Assembly (NCBI RefSeq): GCF_036365525.1
Contig: NC_090393.1
Span: 31,094,764 to 31,158,763 of the forward strand
Direction: 5' to 3'
DNA from: Heterodontus francisci
Taxonomy: Eukaryota
Length of the DNA: 64,000 nt
Position numbers and translations under genes: made by a program. The notes beneath the pieces are model-generated. The model saw only the letters and a list, made by a program, of their open reading frames with translations. It did no database searches and was not told the DNA's origin. This document shows, one piece after another, positions 50,578 through 62,711 of this stretch. Position 1 is the stretch's first letter. Each line of letters opens with the position of its first letter.

Positions 50578-53500
50578 AGCGTCCAGGCGCGCCGGAGTTT
50601 GAAACAAAACGTCAACAGTGACATCACAGAAAAGCTGCAAGGTGATTGGTTGGTAACTGCTGTTGGGAATAGTTCTAATTAGCTGGCTTAGTAACTAAGG
50701 TAAGAAAGGTCTACAGTTTATTTTCATATATAGTAAGTAGTGTTTTTTAGGGAGTTCTGTAGTAATGAGGATCAGGGAAGAAGGGCCCTAGAGTAATTGA
50801 TATTATTTGATATTAAACATCTTCCAAAAGGTTTAATTTAAAGGGTTAAGTCAGGGCAGGAGAGCTCAAAGCCGTGGTGCGCTCCTCGTGCTCTATGTGG
50901 GAAGCCGGGAACAATTCCAGTGCCCAGGACCAGCATGTGTGCAGGAAGTGTCTCCAGCTGCAGCTCCTGGAAGCCCGGGTTTCAGAGCTGGAGCGGCGGT
51001 TGGGGACACTGTGGAGCATCCGCGAGGCAAAGAGTATCATGGATAGCACGTTTAGAGAGGTGGTCACACCGCAGGCTCAGACTCCACAGGCAGGAAGGGA
51101 ATGGGTGACCGCCAGACAGAGCAAGAGGATTAGGCAGGCAGTTCAGGAATCTCCTGTGGCTATTCCCCTGCAAAACAGATATATTGCTTTGGATACTATT
51201 GGGGGGAATGGCCTCTCAGGGGAAAGCAGCAAATGCCCAATTTGTTGCACCACGGTTGGCTCTGCTGCACAGGGGAGGAGTAAAAAGTGTGGGAATGCAA
51301 TAGTTATAGGGGATTCAATTGTAAGGGGAATAGATAGGTGTTTCTGTGGCCGCAAACGAGACTCCAGGATGGTATGTTGCTTCCCTGGTGCTAGGGTCAA
51401 GGATGTCTCAGAGCAGTTACAGGACATTCTGAAGGGGGAGGGTGAACAGCCAGTGGTCGTGGTACACATTGGTACAAACGACGTAGGTAAAAAAAGGATG
51501 AGGTCCTAAAAGCAGAATATAGGGAGTTAGGAAGTAAGTTGAAAAGTAGGAACTCAAAGGTAGTGATCTCAGGATTACTACCACCGCCACATGCTAGTCA
51601 GAGTAGAAATAGCAGGAGATATCAGATGAATACATGGCTGAAGAGATGGTATGAGGGGGAGGGTTTAAGCTTCCTGGGACATTGGGACCGGTTCTGGGGG
51701 AGGTGGGACCAGTACAAACTGGACGGGTTACACCTGGGCAGGACCGGGACTGATGTCCTAGGGGGAGTATTTGCTAGAGTGGTTGGGGAGGGTTTAAACT
51801 AAAATGGCAGGGGGGTGGGAGCCTTTGCAAGGAGTCAGAGGAGGGGGGAATCAAAGACAACAAAAGACAGGAAGGGGAATTAGAAAAGTGATAGGCAGAG
51901 AAATCAAAGGCCAGAATCAAACAGGGCCACAGTGAAGAATAGTGGGAAGGGGCCAAGTAATGTTAAAAAGACAAGACTTAAGGCTTTGTGCCTTAACATG
52001 CGGAGCATTCGCAATAAAGTGGATGAATTAATCGCGCAAATAGATGTAAACGGGTATGATCTAGTCGGGATTACGGAGACATGGCTGCAGGGTGACCAGG
52101 GATGGGAGATGAACATCCAGGGGTATTCAGTATTTAGGAAGGACAGACAAAAAGTAAAAGGCGGTGGAGTTGCATTGCTGGTTAAAGAGGAAATTAACAC
52201 TATAGTGAGGAATGATATTAGCTCTGACGATGTGGAATCTGTATGGGTAGAGCTGAGAAACACTAAGGGGCAAAAAACATTAGTGGGGGTTGTATATAGA
52301 CCCTCAAACATAGTGGTGATGTTGGAAATGGCATTAAACAGGAAATTAGAGATGCATGCAATAAAGAAACATCTGTAATTAAGGGTGACCTTAATCTGCA
52401 TATAGATTGGGCAAATCAAATTAGTCACAAATTCGTAGAGGAGGAATTCATGGAGTGTATACGGGATGGTTTTCTGGACCAATACGTTGAGGAACCAACT
52501 AGAGAACAGGCCATCCTAGACTGGGTATTGTGTTATGAGAGAGGAATAATTGACAACATAGTTGTGCGAGACCCCTTGGGGATGAGCGACCATAATATGA
52601 TAGAATTCTTTGTCAGGATGGAGAGTGGCATAGTTGATTCTGAGACTAGGGTCCTGAATCTTAATAAAGAAAACTACGAAGGTATGAGGCGCGAGTTGGC
52701 TATGATGGATTGGGAAACGTTACTTAAAGGGATGACGGTGCATAGGCAATGGCAAACATTTAAACAGCGCATGGATGAACTGCAACAATTGTTTATTCCT
52801 GTCTGACGCAAAAGTTAAAGAGAAAAGGTAGCCAAACCATGGCTTACAAGGGAAATTAGAGATAGCTTTAGACCCAAGGAAGAGGCATATAAATTTGCCA
52901 GAAAAAACAACAGACCTGAGGATTGGGAGCAGTTTAGAATTCAGCAAAGGAGGACCAAGGGATTGATTAAGAAGGGGAAAATAGAATACAAAAGTAAGCT
53001 TGCGGGGAACATAAAAATTGACTGTAAAAGTTTCTATAGGTATGTGAAGAGAAAAAGATTGGTGAAGACAAATGTAGGTCCCTTACAGTCAGCAACAGTG
53101 GAATTTATCATGGGGAACAAAGAACTGGCTGACCAACTAAATGCATACTTCGGTTCTGTCTTCACAAAGAAGGACACAAATATCACACCAGAAATGTTGG
53201 GGAACACAGGGCTTAGTGAGAGGGAGGAACTGAAGGAAAGCAATATTAGTAGAGAAATGGTGTTGGGGAAATTGATGGGATTGAAGGCCGAAAGATCCCC
53301 AGAGCCTGATGGTCTGCATCCCAGAATACTTAAGGAAATGGGCCTAGAAATAGTGGATGCATTGGTGGTCATCTTCCAAGATTCTATAGACTCTGGAACA
53401 GTTCCTACAGATTGGAGGGTAGCTAATGTAACCCCACTATTTAAAAAGGGAGGTAGAGAGAAAGCAGGGAATTATAGACCAGTCAGCCTGACGTCAGTAG

Positions 53501-54862
53501 TGGGGAAAATTCTAGAGTGCGTTATCAAAGAATTTATAGCAGAGCACTTGGAGAACAGTGGTAGAATCGGACAGAGTCAGCATGGATTTATGAAAGGGAA
53601 ATCATGCTTGACAAATCTACTAGAATTTTTCGAGGATGTAACTAGTACAGTTGATGAGGAGGAGCCAGTGGATGTGGTTTATTTGGACTTTCAGAAGGCT
53701 TTCGACAAAGTCCCACATAAGAGATTAGCATGTAAAATTAAAACGCATGGGATTGGGGGTAGTGTATTGCGATGGATAAAAAATTGGTTGGCAGACAGGA
53801 AACAAAGAGTAGGAATAAACGGGTCTTTTTCCGAATGGCAGGCAGTGACTAGTGGGGTACCGCAGGGATCGGTGCTAGGACCCCAGCTATTCACAATATA
53901 ATGTTTAGACGAGGGAACTAAATGTGATATCTCCAAATCTGCAGATGACACAAAACTGGGAGGGAGGGTGAGTTGTGAGGAGGATGCAGAGAGGCTTCAG
54001 GGTGATTTGGACAAGTTGAGTGAGAGGGCAATTGCATGGCAGATGCAGTATAATGTGGATAAATGTGAGGTTATCCACTTTGGTAGCAAAAACAGGAAGG
54101 CAGATTATTATCTGAATGGCTATAAACTGAGAGAGGGGAATATGCAGCGAGACCTGGGTGTTCTCGTACACCAGAATCGCTGAAGGTAAGCATGCAGGTG
54201 CAACAGGCGGTAAAAAAGGCAAGTGGTATGTTGGCCTTCATAGCAAGAGGATTCGAGTACAGGAGCAGGGATGTCTTGCTGCAATTATACAGGGCCTTGG
54301 TGAGGCCACACCTGGAATACTGTGTGCAGTTTTGGTCTCCTTATCTGAGGAAGGATGTTCTTGCTATAGAGGGAGTGAAGCGAAGGTTTACCAGACTGAT
54401 TCCTGGGATGGCGGGACTGACGTATGAGGAGAGGTTGAGTTGGTTAGGATTATATTCGCTGGAGTTCAGAAGACTGAGGGGGAATCTCATAGAAACCTAT
54501 AAAATTCTAACAGGACTTGACAGGGTCGATGCAGGAAGGATGTTCCTGATGGTGGGGGAGTCCAGAACCAGGGTCATAGTCTAAGGATATGGGGTAAACC
54601 TTTCAGGACTGAGATGAGGAGAAATTTCTTCATCTAGAGAGTGGTGAACCTGTGGAATTCACTACCACAGAAAGCAGTTGAGCCCAAAACATTGTATGTT
54701 TTCAAGAAGAAGTTAGATATAGCTCTTGGGGTGAAAGGGAACAAAGGATATGGGGGGAAAGTGGGAACAGGTTACTGAGTTGGATGATCAGCCATGATCA
54801 TAATGAATGGCGGAGCAGGCTCGAAGGGCCGAATGGCCTACTCCTGCTCCTATTTTCTATGT
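50306..54862 (+). mobile_element. Full-length but inactivated CR1 LINE
   Basis: 5' tandem 86-bp units; esterase ORF1 (~50850-51802) and ORF2 broken by several stops and frameshifts; CR1 3'UTR. Confidence 0.95.
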
Positions 54863-55639
54863 TAGCCAACAACTGTTATTGTACCATAGGACTAGAAGGT
54901 AGACTATTTAGACCTCAGAATCGTTACAACACAGAAGGAAGTAATTCGGCTGGTCGTGGCTGGACTGATGATTTACCTAGTGCCACTCCCCCGCCTTCTC
55001 TCCATAGCCCTGCACATTCTTCCTTTTCCGATAACAATCCAATTCCCTCTTGAATGCCTCGATTGAACTTGTCTGCACCACACTCTCAGTTGCCATTACT
55101 TCTTTTGCCAATTACCTTAAATCTGTGCCCTCTTGTTCTCGATTCTTCCACCAATGGGAACAGTTTTTCCCTATCTACTCTGCCCAGACCCCTCATAATT
55201 TTAACACCTCCATCAAATTTCCTCTCAGCCTTTTCAAAGAAAACAGTACTCCAATCTATCCACGTAACTGAAGTTCCTCATCCCTGAAACCATTCATCTA
55301 GCAATTCCCATGTTCTAAAATTCTGGAAAATACATTAAATAAAATGTCAAAAATCTAGATTTTTTTTTCAGGGGGGGGCGCTGAGGAAAGACAGACAAAC
55401 CCCAGAGACCCCGATAGACAATAAATGTGTAAATGCTCGTACCATTTTCAGGTTTTATGTACTTAACTGCGATATTTCTTAAATTACAAGCCTGTGTCTC
55501 AACTGATTTTCAGTGCAACAAGTTGTTTTTAAGTGTTTTTATTAAGTACTGTGGTGGAGTTGTGTGAATGGAAGAGAAATCCTCCCAAATGATGCCGAAA
55601 CCATTTACCATCACCGCAGGGCAACCCTTCAGCAAAAGA

Positions 55640-55998
55640 ACCTTTGCTGCGCAGGCGCAGTGTATCAACTTGTGTCACGTGGGACCAGCGTTTGCCGTGC
55701 TCGCTCCCTCCGCCTGACGCGCCGCGACGCCGTGCTCGCTCCCTCCACCTGACGCGCCGCGACGCCGTGCTCGCTCCCTCCGCCTGACGCGCCGCGACGC
55801 CGTGCTCGCTCCCTCCGCCTGACGCGACGCCACGCCACGCCGTGCTCGCTCCCTCCCTCCGCCTGACGCGCCGCGACGCCGTGCTCGCTCCCTCCGCCTG
55901 ACGCCACGCCGATGATCGGGTGGGACAGGCGGAAGCGCTGACACTGATAGATACGGATTCAGTTTATCCCGAGAGCTTGCTCCGTTGTACTTTCTAAA
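55640..55998 (+). promoter_or_regulatory. ARPC3: ARPC3 CpG-island promoter / 5'UTR
   Basis: NRF1 site TGCGCAGGCGCA near 55648; E-box GTCACGTG near 55674; ETS-like GGCGGAAG near 55928. Confidence 0.7.
55694..55910. repeat. 35-bp CpG-rich VNTR, about 6 copies (GCCGTGCTCGCTCCCTCCGCCTGACGCGCCGCGAC)
   Basis: Near-perfect tandem copies with small slippage insertions. Confidence 0.92.
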
Positions 55999-56004
55999 AT
56001 GCCG
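55999..56004 (+). CDS. ARPC3: ARPC3 exon 1 coding part (MP)
   Basis: AAAATGCCG|GTAAGT. Confidence 0.9.
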
Positions 56005-59000
56005 GTAAGTTCTTCTAATGATTTATTTTCTTTAACCTTCGTGTGTCGGTGCGTTTTTAACTCTTGCTCAATGGATGTTAATTCGTGGACGTGAACTGTG
56101 AAATAAATGATAGATTGGGGTGTGAGGAATCAGGAAGTAGGCCAGTAAGGCCTAAGTAAGGTTAATATTTTTTTGCTTTCAAGTCGAAAAACTTATATTT
56201 GAAGGGAACTGTATAGACTGTCGCGTTTAACCCCCTGAAAATAATGATTTGAGCTTTATAATGTAATCTAATGGTTGACCTTCACTGAGCATCCTGCATC
56301 CATTTTACTGGAAGTCGTCTTACCCACCTACAAAGAAGAAAATCTTAAAGTCTTAATTTGGGAATATTTTTATCGTGAAAATTCAAGTTGAAACTGAATA
56401 ATAGAAATGGTGCTTTATTTCTCTCCCTTAGGCTTATCATTCAACCCTTATGGACAGTGATGTAAAACTGATTGGAAACATGGCGTTATTGCCACTTAAA
56501 ACCCAATTTAAAGGCCCAGCTCCCAAAGAAAGTAAGTTGTGAGATTTATTTTTATAAATGGATACGGTACTTGAATGCATGGATATTTGTATCCCGGTAC
56601 TTGAATGCATGGATATTTGTATCCATTTATAGCCTTGTGCATAAGGGAAGCAGTATAAATGATAGTTTTGCAATTTAAACCTGTAGTTAACAGTTGTAGA
56701 ATGATTTTCAAGAAAATCTTGGTGCTAGGGAACTAAGTAATGTGCATTAGTTTATAAATTGACATACTGCACTAGAGCAGTGTTGTCGTTATAGAAATTA
56801 CTGACTAGCTGCAGGAATGACTACGGTGACACCAATTTAGCCACATGCATAAAATGCCTTATACACAATACAGGGAAATGTATTTATCATATTTACCACC
56901 ATTCAGCAACCAAGATAGTAAAGGACGCACAAAGATCAAACACACTCTGCTCTTTTAGTGATTTTTTTTTTAACAACATATGCTCAAAAAGGTTGAATTA
57001 CATGCACATGTGCTGGGTATTCTGATCACAGGCCCAATTGACAGTGTCTATTACTCCATTTTTTATTTGCTTATCAGAAATACAGTTAACCACAACTGGA
57101 ATCCTAATCCACATGTGACTAGTGGCTAATATATTGAACAACGCTCCATTAGAATTGTTGAATGCAAATTTTCATTCAACCGTTCAGGTGCAACACATGC
57201 AACTCCCACAGAGTGAATCACAGCTGGGTTATCTGAAGAGATGCTGAGGTCAAAAATGTGTAATATTTTTGAGATGCTGTAAAGCAAGTCAGCTTTTGTC
57301 ACACTCTGAATTAGTATCTGTGTTCAGAAGTGATATTATCCGAGGTCAGGAAGTAGGTTGCTTACCTATCTTCCTCTTGTGTAGAGAGAATGGAGGGGTG
57401 GTTAGGGAAAGTGCAGATAGTGAGTTATACTTTAGAGCTTCACTAGGAAAATAAATTTACTATTGGCCATGTCTGGGGGATAAATCGAGCTTAATGGTAT
57501 TCTGTTTTTGTACCATTCACCTGGTGGTCAACCAAGGAGTATCTGTATCAGACTCTGGAGACTCACTTCACATTCTCAATCAAATATAATATGTATGAAA
57601 ATTGCGCAGTTTGGCAGCAGTTAACAGCACAAGAAAAGTATCAGCTTGTTTAGGGGCAGTTCAGCTATGGAGACCAGGCTACGAAAACTAGTTTTATGTG
57701 ATCTGTTCAACCTGAGCATTCTCTAAGTGGACAAGCTTTTTTTTGTTTAGGCCTGGTTGCCTGTAGAAGAGAGAGCTAATTGGCTGTTGGAATGTCTTCG
57801 GTGACTGGTCAAGTATATCTCCTGATTGGGGAGGACAAAATCAGGATGTTAATTCTTTGCTGTGCTTTTAAAGATTTAACTATGTGATTTGGTTATTAGA
57901 GTACCAATAATTATCTCTTCCAGCCAAAGACTCTGATGTTATTGACGAAGCAATCTACTATTTTAAGGCAAATGTTTTCTTCAAAAACTATGAAATAAAG
58001 GTAAGTTTTTGGTCTTTGAATTTTGTCAATTTTGAAGAATCTTTTTTTAAAAAACTGGATAATGTCATATACGGTATGTATTGAAGGGAATAATGCGTCG
58101 CATAGAGTATGACACAGTGAGATCACTTTAGCCCAAAATAATGGGATATGGGTTTGCAGTTCCTCGTATCAGCTGTATCACTACGTCCAAATATCCCAAG
58201 ATGGTCCAAGGAGCCTGAAGATCAGAGGGAGAGTCACCATGGGATGTTCTTGTGCACATCCTGTTAACTGATCCACGAGTTGCATCAATGCAAAGCTTGG
58301 AGCAGATTCTCCCTATGCCTGCCCTCTAGTGTGTGGGGGTCAAGAAAAAGGAAAATAAAACATTTTTCAAAAAAAAACATGGGTAACAAGCCTGTTCAGT
58401 ATAGCAATATAAATACATAATCCAGTGAAGCTAATAATTGATTGAACATTTCTTAAAGGGAGTCTCTCTCAATTATTCTTAAAAATAAAACTGCGACAAA
58501 ATATCTTATTCGATTTTGTTTAAATTTTGAAGGCTGGTAAGTTATCTTGAGGATTTGGATAGCAGACATTACTTTGCTTGATGATAAATACTTTCATATT
58601 AAAATGAGTACAGATATTTGGGGCTTCCCCTTTTACTTCTACTACTAGATGCTGTTGCTTAGGTTTTAATGGGAATTATTTTAAAAATTAGGATTGTTCC
58701 CAATACTATGTACTGCTCTCTTCCACCAAAAAGCTGTTGAGGCTAGGTCTATTGAAAATTCCAAAACTGTGATTGATCAGATTTGTTTTGGTAAGCGTGG
58801 CATTAAGGGTTATAGAAGCAAGACAGATAGATGGAATTAAGCCATGATCTAATTGAATAGTGGAACAGGCTCAAGGGGCTGAATGGCCTTCTCCTGTTCC
58901 TGTGTTCCTACATTTTAATGCTGCATACCAGAATCCTCAACTGACAAACCATTTTTATTTTGCAGAACGAAGCTGACAGAACCTTGATTTATATCACCCT

Positions 59001-60490
59001 CTACATCACAGAATGCCTCAAAAAATTACAAAAGGCAAGGAAAAATACTGATATGCTTTAACTTTTTCTTGCCTTGCTTTTGTCAGCTGTGAGGGTTGGC
59101 AGGCAATCTAGCTCCAAGCTTCTGTAGTGCCGCTTGAGACAATTCCACCCAGCAGATGTGTAATCTGAGTACTTAGCTTCATAGTTGGAGTCAGGAAGTA
59201 ATTTCAGTCAGGCAGAATGGTGGTTAGAATCTTTGTTACACTCGGGCATTTGCATGAAAAGCTGTTACAAATGTAGTAGGAAAATAGAAGAAATCTAGGA
59301 ACTCGTTAACAGTGAGGTTGCTACTGCTGTTTTGCACATGATGAGTTTTGAGCTACTGGACAATTTTGTGTTTCATAAAATAGTGTGGTATATTTCATCC
59401 CTTACTTGCTTCAGGATTATTTTAGGATGTGTGAGTTCTTTTACATTTTTTATTTTTTTATTTTACACAGTGCAATTCCAAAAATCAAGGAGAGAAGGAA
59501 ATGTACACTTTGGGGATAACTAACTTTCCCATTCCTGGAGAGCCAGGTTTTCCCCTCAATGCCATGTATGCAAAGCCTGGACACAAGCAGGAAGATGGTA
59601 TGAGGAAGCAGCATTATTCAAATGATTAAAGTTAGATTATTAAAGGACGGAAAAACATGTGTTCTATGTTTAGTCAGAATATTTTAACTACTTGTATTTT
59701 TATTTTTAAAAAACAGAAGTTGCAAAATGCCTCGTCATCCCTTAGTCACAAGTAACGTTTCATGCTAATTAAGTTTATTTCTACATTATAATTCCAAAAT
59801 ATCTAAGATATTTAAATTAAATTTTAAGATTTTTGTTTGAGGTTGAGATTCCTTTAAATTCTTGATTTCTCCTCTTGGTCACTTCAAGTCGTGCACTATC
59901 TGTGGTTGAGAAAAAGGTGCTCCTAGGCCTCTACCAGAAATACTCTGAAACCGGCCAGGGGGATGTAGGAGTGGGGTTTGTAACAACTCTTGGTGTAATT
60001 TTTCTCTGCCCTTTGGGGACATTTTTCTGTTTGCTATCACCGTACAGTTGTATGACTCAGATTGGGAGCTCAGTGTTATGGAGGAAAATTAAACCTGCGT
60101 CCCTTCACCTCATGGTACATACATTGGTAGTCCAGTGTGTGCCATACCACCCTTTTCGCACAAAATATAATTGAGTGTATATTTTGTGAATTGGATGTCC
60201 TTGCATGTAATTTTGCATAAAACAAATTCTTTGCTTCTAGCATTGGAGGATTCACAAATTTTAATTGTTTTGTCTTGACTGAAGGTGAGATGCCTATCAT
60301 ATTTCACATTGAGATTTGACAGCAGAATATCATTTATAAGGTATGTCCTGAGAGTTAATTGTTCATGATCCTATAAATTCTGGTTATCTTTTCAGAGATA
60401 ATGAGGGGCTATTTACAGCAGATTAGACAAGAGACTGGACTGAGACTTTGTGAAAAGGTGTTTGATCAACAGACTGACAAACCCAGCAAG
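55999..60490 (+). CDS. ARPC3: Actin-related protein 2/3 complex subunit 3 (p21-Arc), exons 1-6 (158 aa); last exon outside the window
   Basis: join(55999-56004,56432-56531,57924-58000,58966-59034,59471-59597,60396-60490): MPAYHS...GNMALLPL...[20 protein letters not shown]...ADRTLIY...[12 protein letters not shown]...[15 protein letters not shown]...KPSK. Confidence 0.97.
56432..56531 (+). CDS. ARPC3: ARPC3 exon 2
   Basis: [33 protein letters not shown]. Confidence 0.95.
57924..58000 (+). CDS. ARPC3: ARPC3 exon 3
   Basis: [25 protein letters not shown]. Confidence 0.95.
58966..59034 (+). CDS. ARPC3: ARPC3 exon 4, GC donor
   Basis: [23 protein letters not shown]; donor AAG|GCAAGG. Confidence 0.93.
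59471..59597 (+). CDS. ARPC3: ARPC3 exon 5
   Basis: [42 protein letters not shown]. Confidence 0.95.
60396..60490 (+). CDS. ARPC3: ARPC3 exon 6
   Basis: [32 protein letters not shown]. Confidence 0.95.
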
Positions 60491-60511
60491 GTAAGCAGCT
60501 ACAGTTGCGAC

Positions 60512-60863
60512 TTTAGATTTTTTTTTAGATTTAGAGATACAGCACTGAAACAGGCCCTTCGGCCCACCGAGTCTGTGCCGACCATTAACCACCCATTTAT
60601 ATTAATCCTACACTAATCCCATATTCCTACCACATCCTCACCTGTCCCTATATTCCCCTACCACCTACCTATACTAGGGGCAATTTATAATGGCCAATTT
60701 ACCTATCAACCTGCAAGTCTTTTGGCTGTGGGAGGAAACCGGAGCACCCGGAGGAAACCCACGCAGACACAGGGAGAACTTGCAAACTCCACACAGGCAG
60801 TACCCAGAATTGAACCCAGGTCGCTGGAGCTGTGAGGCTGCGGTGCTAACCACTGTGCCGCCC
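60512..60863 (-). mobile_element. HE1/V-SINE-type SINE about 20 nt after the ARPC3 exon 6 donor
   Basis: Near full-length reverse copy. Confidence 0.9.
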
Positions 60864-62042
60864 AGTCAGACTGTTATTTATAGTTGCTTCTCACAAAAAT
60901 ACTGGAACAGTAAATTAAATTTCACAAAAGGTTTCACCACAGGTGCTGGTTTTAAAGGACTGATGGAATCCTATTGGGAAAGGGATACAGGACTGAGTTC
61001 CAGAAGAAAACTGATGGGCGGTTTGTAACAGTAGGCTGGATAGACCAATAGTTTTCTCCTGCCTGGACATTATGATAACCTAATACAGGGCTTTATTTTG
61101 TTTGCGTTATTAGAGTACATTGGACTGGTTCAATGCCACCAGGACAAATATCTCTTGCATCCTCTCCTAGGAGGAGGATGGCACTAATACAAAGCAGGTG
61201 GTCCAATCAATTATAACTGCACACGAGTATCGTATAGTGATTTAATTCCTCATTCTCGTTGTTGACGAGATGAACTATGTCCTGTGATGCCCACCGGTAA
61301 CGGAAAGCAGTATAATGAGGCAAGATGGTTTTAGATTGGATCATAGTGTCATCTAGTAATATTGCTGTGCTTCCCAAATTCAAACTAGTTTATAAGCACC
61401 TATTTTTTCCCCAAGTACGTACGCAGCTATGAAAAACGTATAAAACTTAACCATAAAACAGTAATGACCAAACTCGACATGGTATAGCTCCACTGGCCCT
61501 CTCAGCAGCAGTTTATTAAATTGAACTACCTATGTGTGTGCCACTAACCTTTTGAAGTTTATTTCAGTTTTCAGCTTTTTCTTGAAAGGTATTCGTCGAC
61601 TTGCTTTGAATTTTTTTTTGTACATCTACTGTGTGTGGTGATATGGTAAATGATTTCTCTGGTGAGTTAGTGGCTTATTTTTAACGGGAGACTTCTGTTT
61701 CCTGAATATATGCAGTACTCAAATTAAGCTATTTCTGAAAGTGGTGGCTCAGTCAAAAATTTAATAATGCAGTGCAATGCTTTAAAAGAACCATTGGGAA
61801 ATTTGAGGTAAATCATTTATCTTTATATGAGCTTTACTAAAATATTACAAAGTATAGGGTGATAAACTTAAGTGTTGTATTTCTGCCTCTGATAAATTAT
61901 TTTGTTTGGAGAGTTTGACACCTTTGTTATACCATTGAGAAACAATTGTTGGAGCTCCTGACCTTTGAGATTTATTTGACATTTTTTGGTGTATTTTGTG
62001 CTGTTCATGTACCATTTTTGGGATGAACATGGCTAATATAAT

Positions 62043-62216
62043 AAAAGCAAAATACTGCGGATGCTGGAAATCTGAAATAAAAACAAGAAATGCTGGAATC
62101 ACTCAGGTCTGGCAGCATCTGTGGAAAGAGAAGCAGAGTTAACGTTAACTCTGCTTCTCTTTTCACAGATGCTGCCAGACCTGCTGAGTGATTCCAGCAT
62201 TTCTTGTTTTTATTTT
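62043..62216. mobile_element. Palindromic Penelope-type insertion with a 14-bp TSD
   Basis: ~70-bp inverted arms centred on AACGTT (62141-62146); TSD ATGGCTAATATAAT at 62029-62042 and 62217-62230. Confidence 0.85.
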
Positions 62217-62676
62217 ATGGCTAATATAATGCAGGGTAAAGTGTTTTCTTCTGTCAGTATCAATGGGACTTAACCTTTGGAAGAGCAACACCTACTGCAT
62301 CACTGAACGCTTTTTGCCTTGGTTTTTTTCAAAAATTAGATTGTTCTTTTCATGCTGTGGAAATGCATGTGCAGGACAAGGGTTGAGACTCCTCAAACTT
62401 AGTTCATTTCATGTAGTATCATTACAGGTACATTTTCATTTTATAATTCTTGGCTGTAGATGTACTTGGGTTAAAGGGCAGTGTGTTAACAGCCCCCAGT
62501 CCCATTGAACATATTGCAAAAAAGTAATGAACATGCCTTTATTATATTCTATTTATTCATTCAAGGAATGTTAGTTGTTTGCATTGTTCCCAAAATATGC
62601 TGTAATATCCAGTTCACAGTTTCAAGCTAATAGCTTGGTACTACAGAACTTGCGTATTGCTGAAAAAAGAGACGTG

Positions 62677-62711
62677 CTGTTTAAGCTTTTCGTCTTGCAC
62701 TCATCAGACAG
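62677..62711 (-). ncRNA. Minimal hammerhead ribozyme motif of a second repeat family
   Basis: CUGU-CUGAUGA-GU-GCAAG-AC-GAAA-AGCU-UA-A-ACAG. Confidence 0.5.

Noticed and set aside
55665-55944. Arg/Gly-rich minus-strand ORFs
   Set aside because: Translations of the 35-bp VNTR
61742-61790. AG|TGGTGG as ARPC3 last exon (WW...)
   Set aside because: Continues WWLSQKF rather than the conserved WWxCFVKRQFM, and the acceptor is poor
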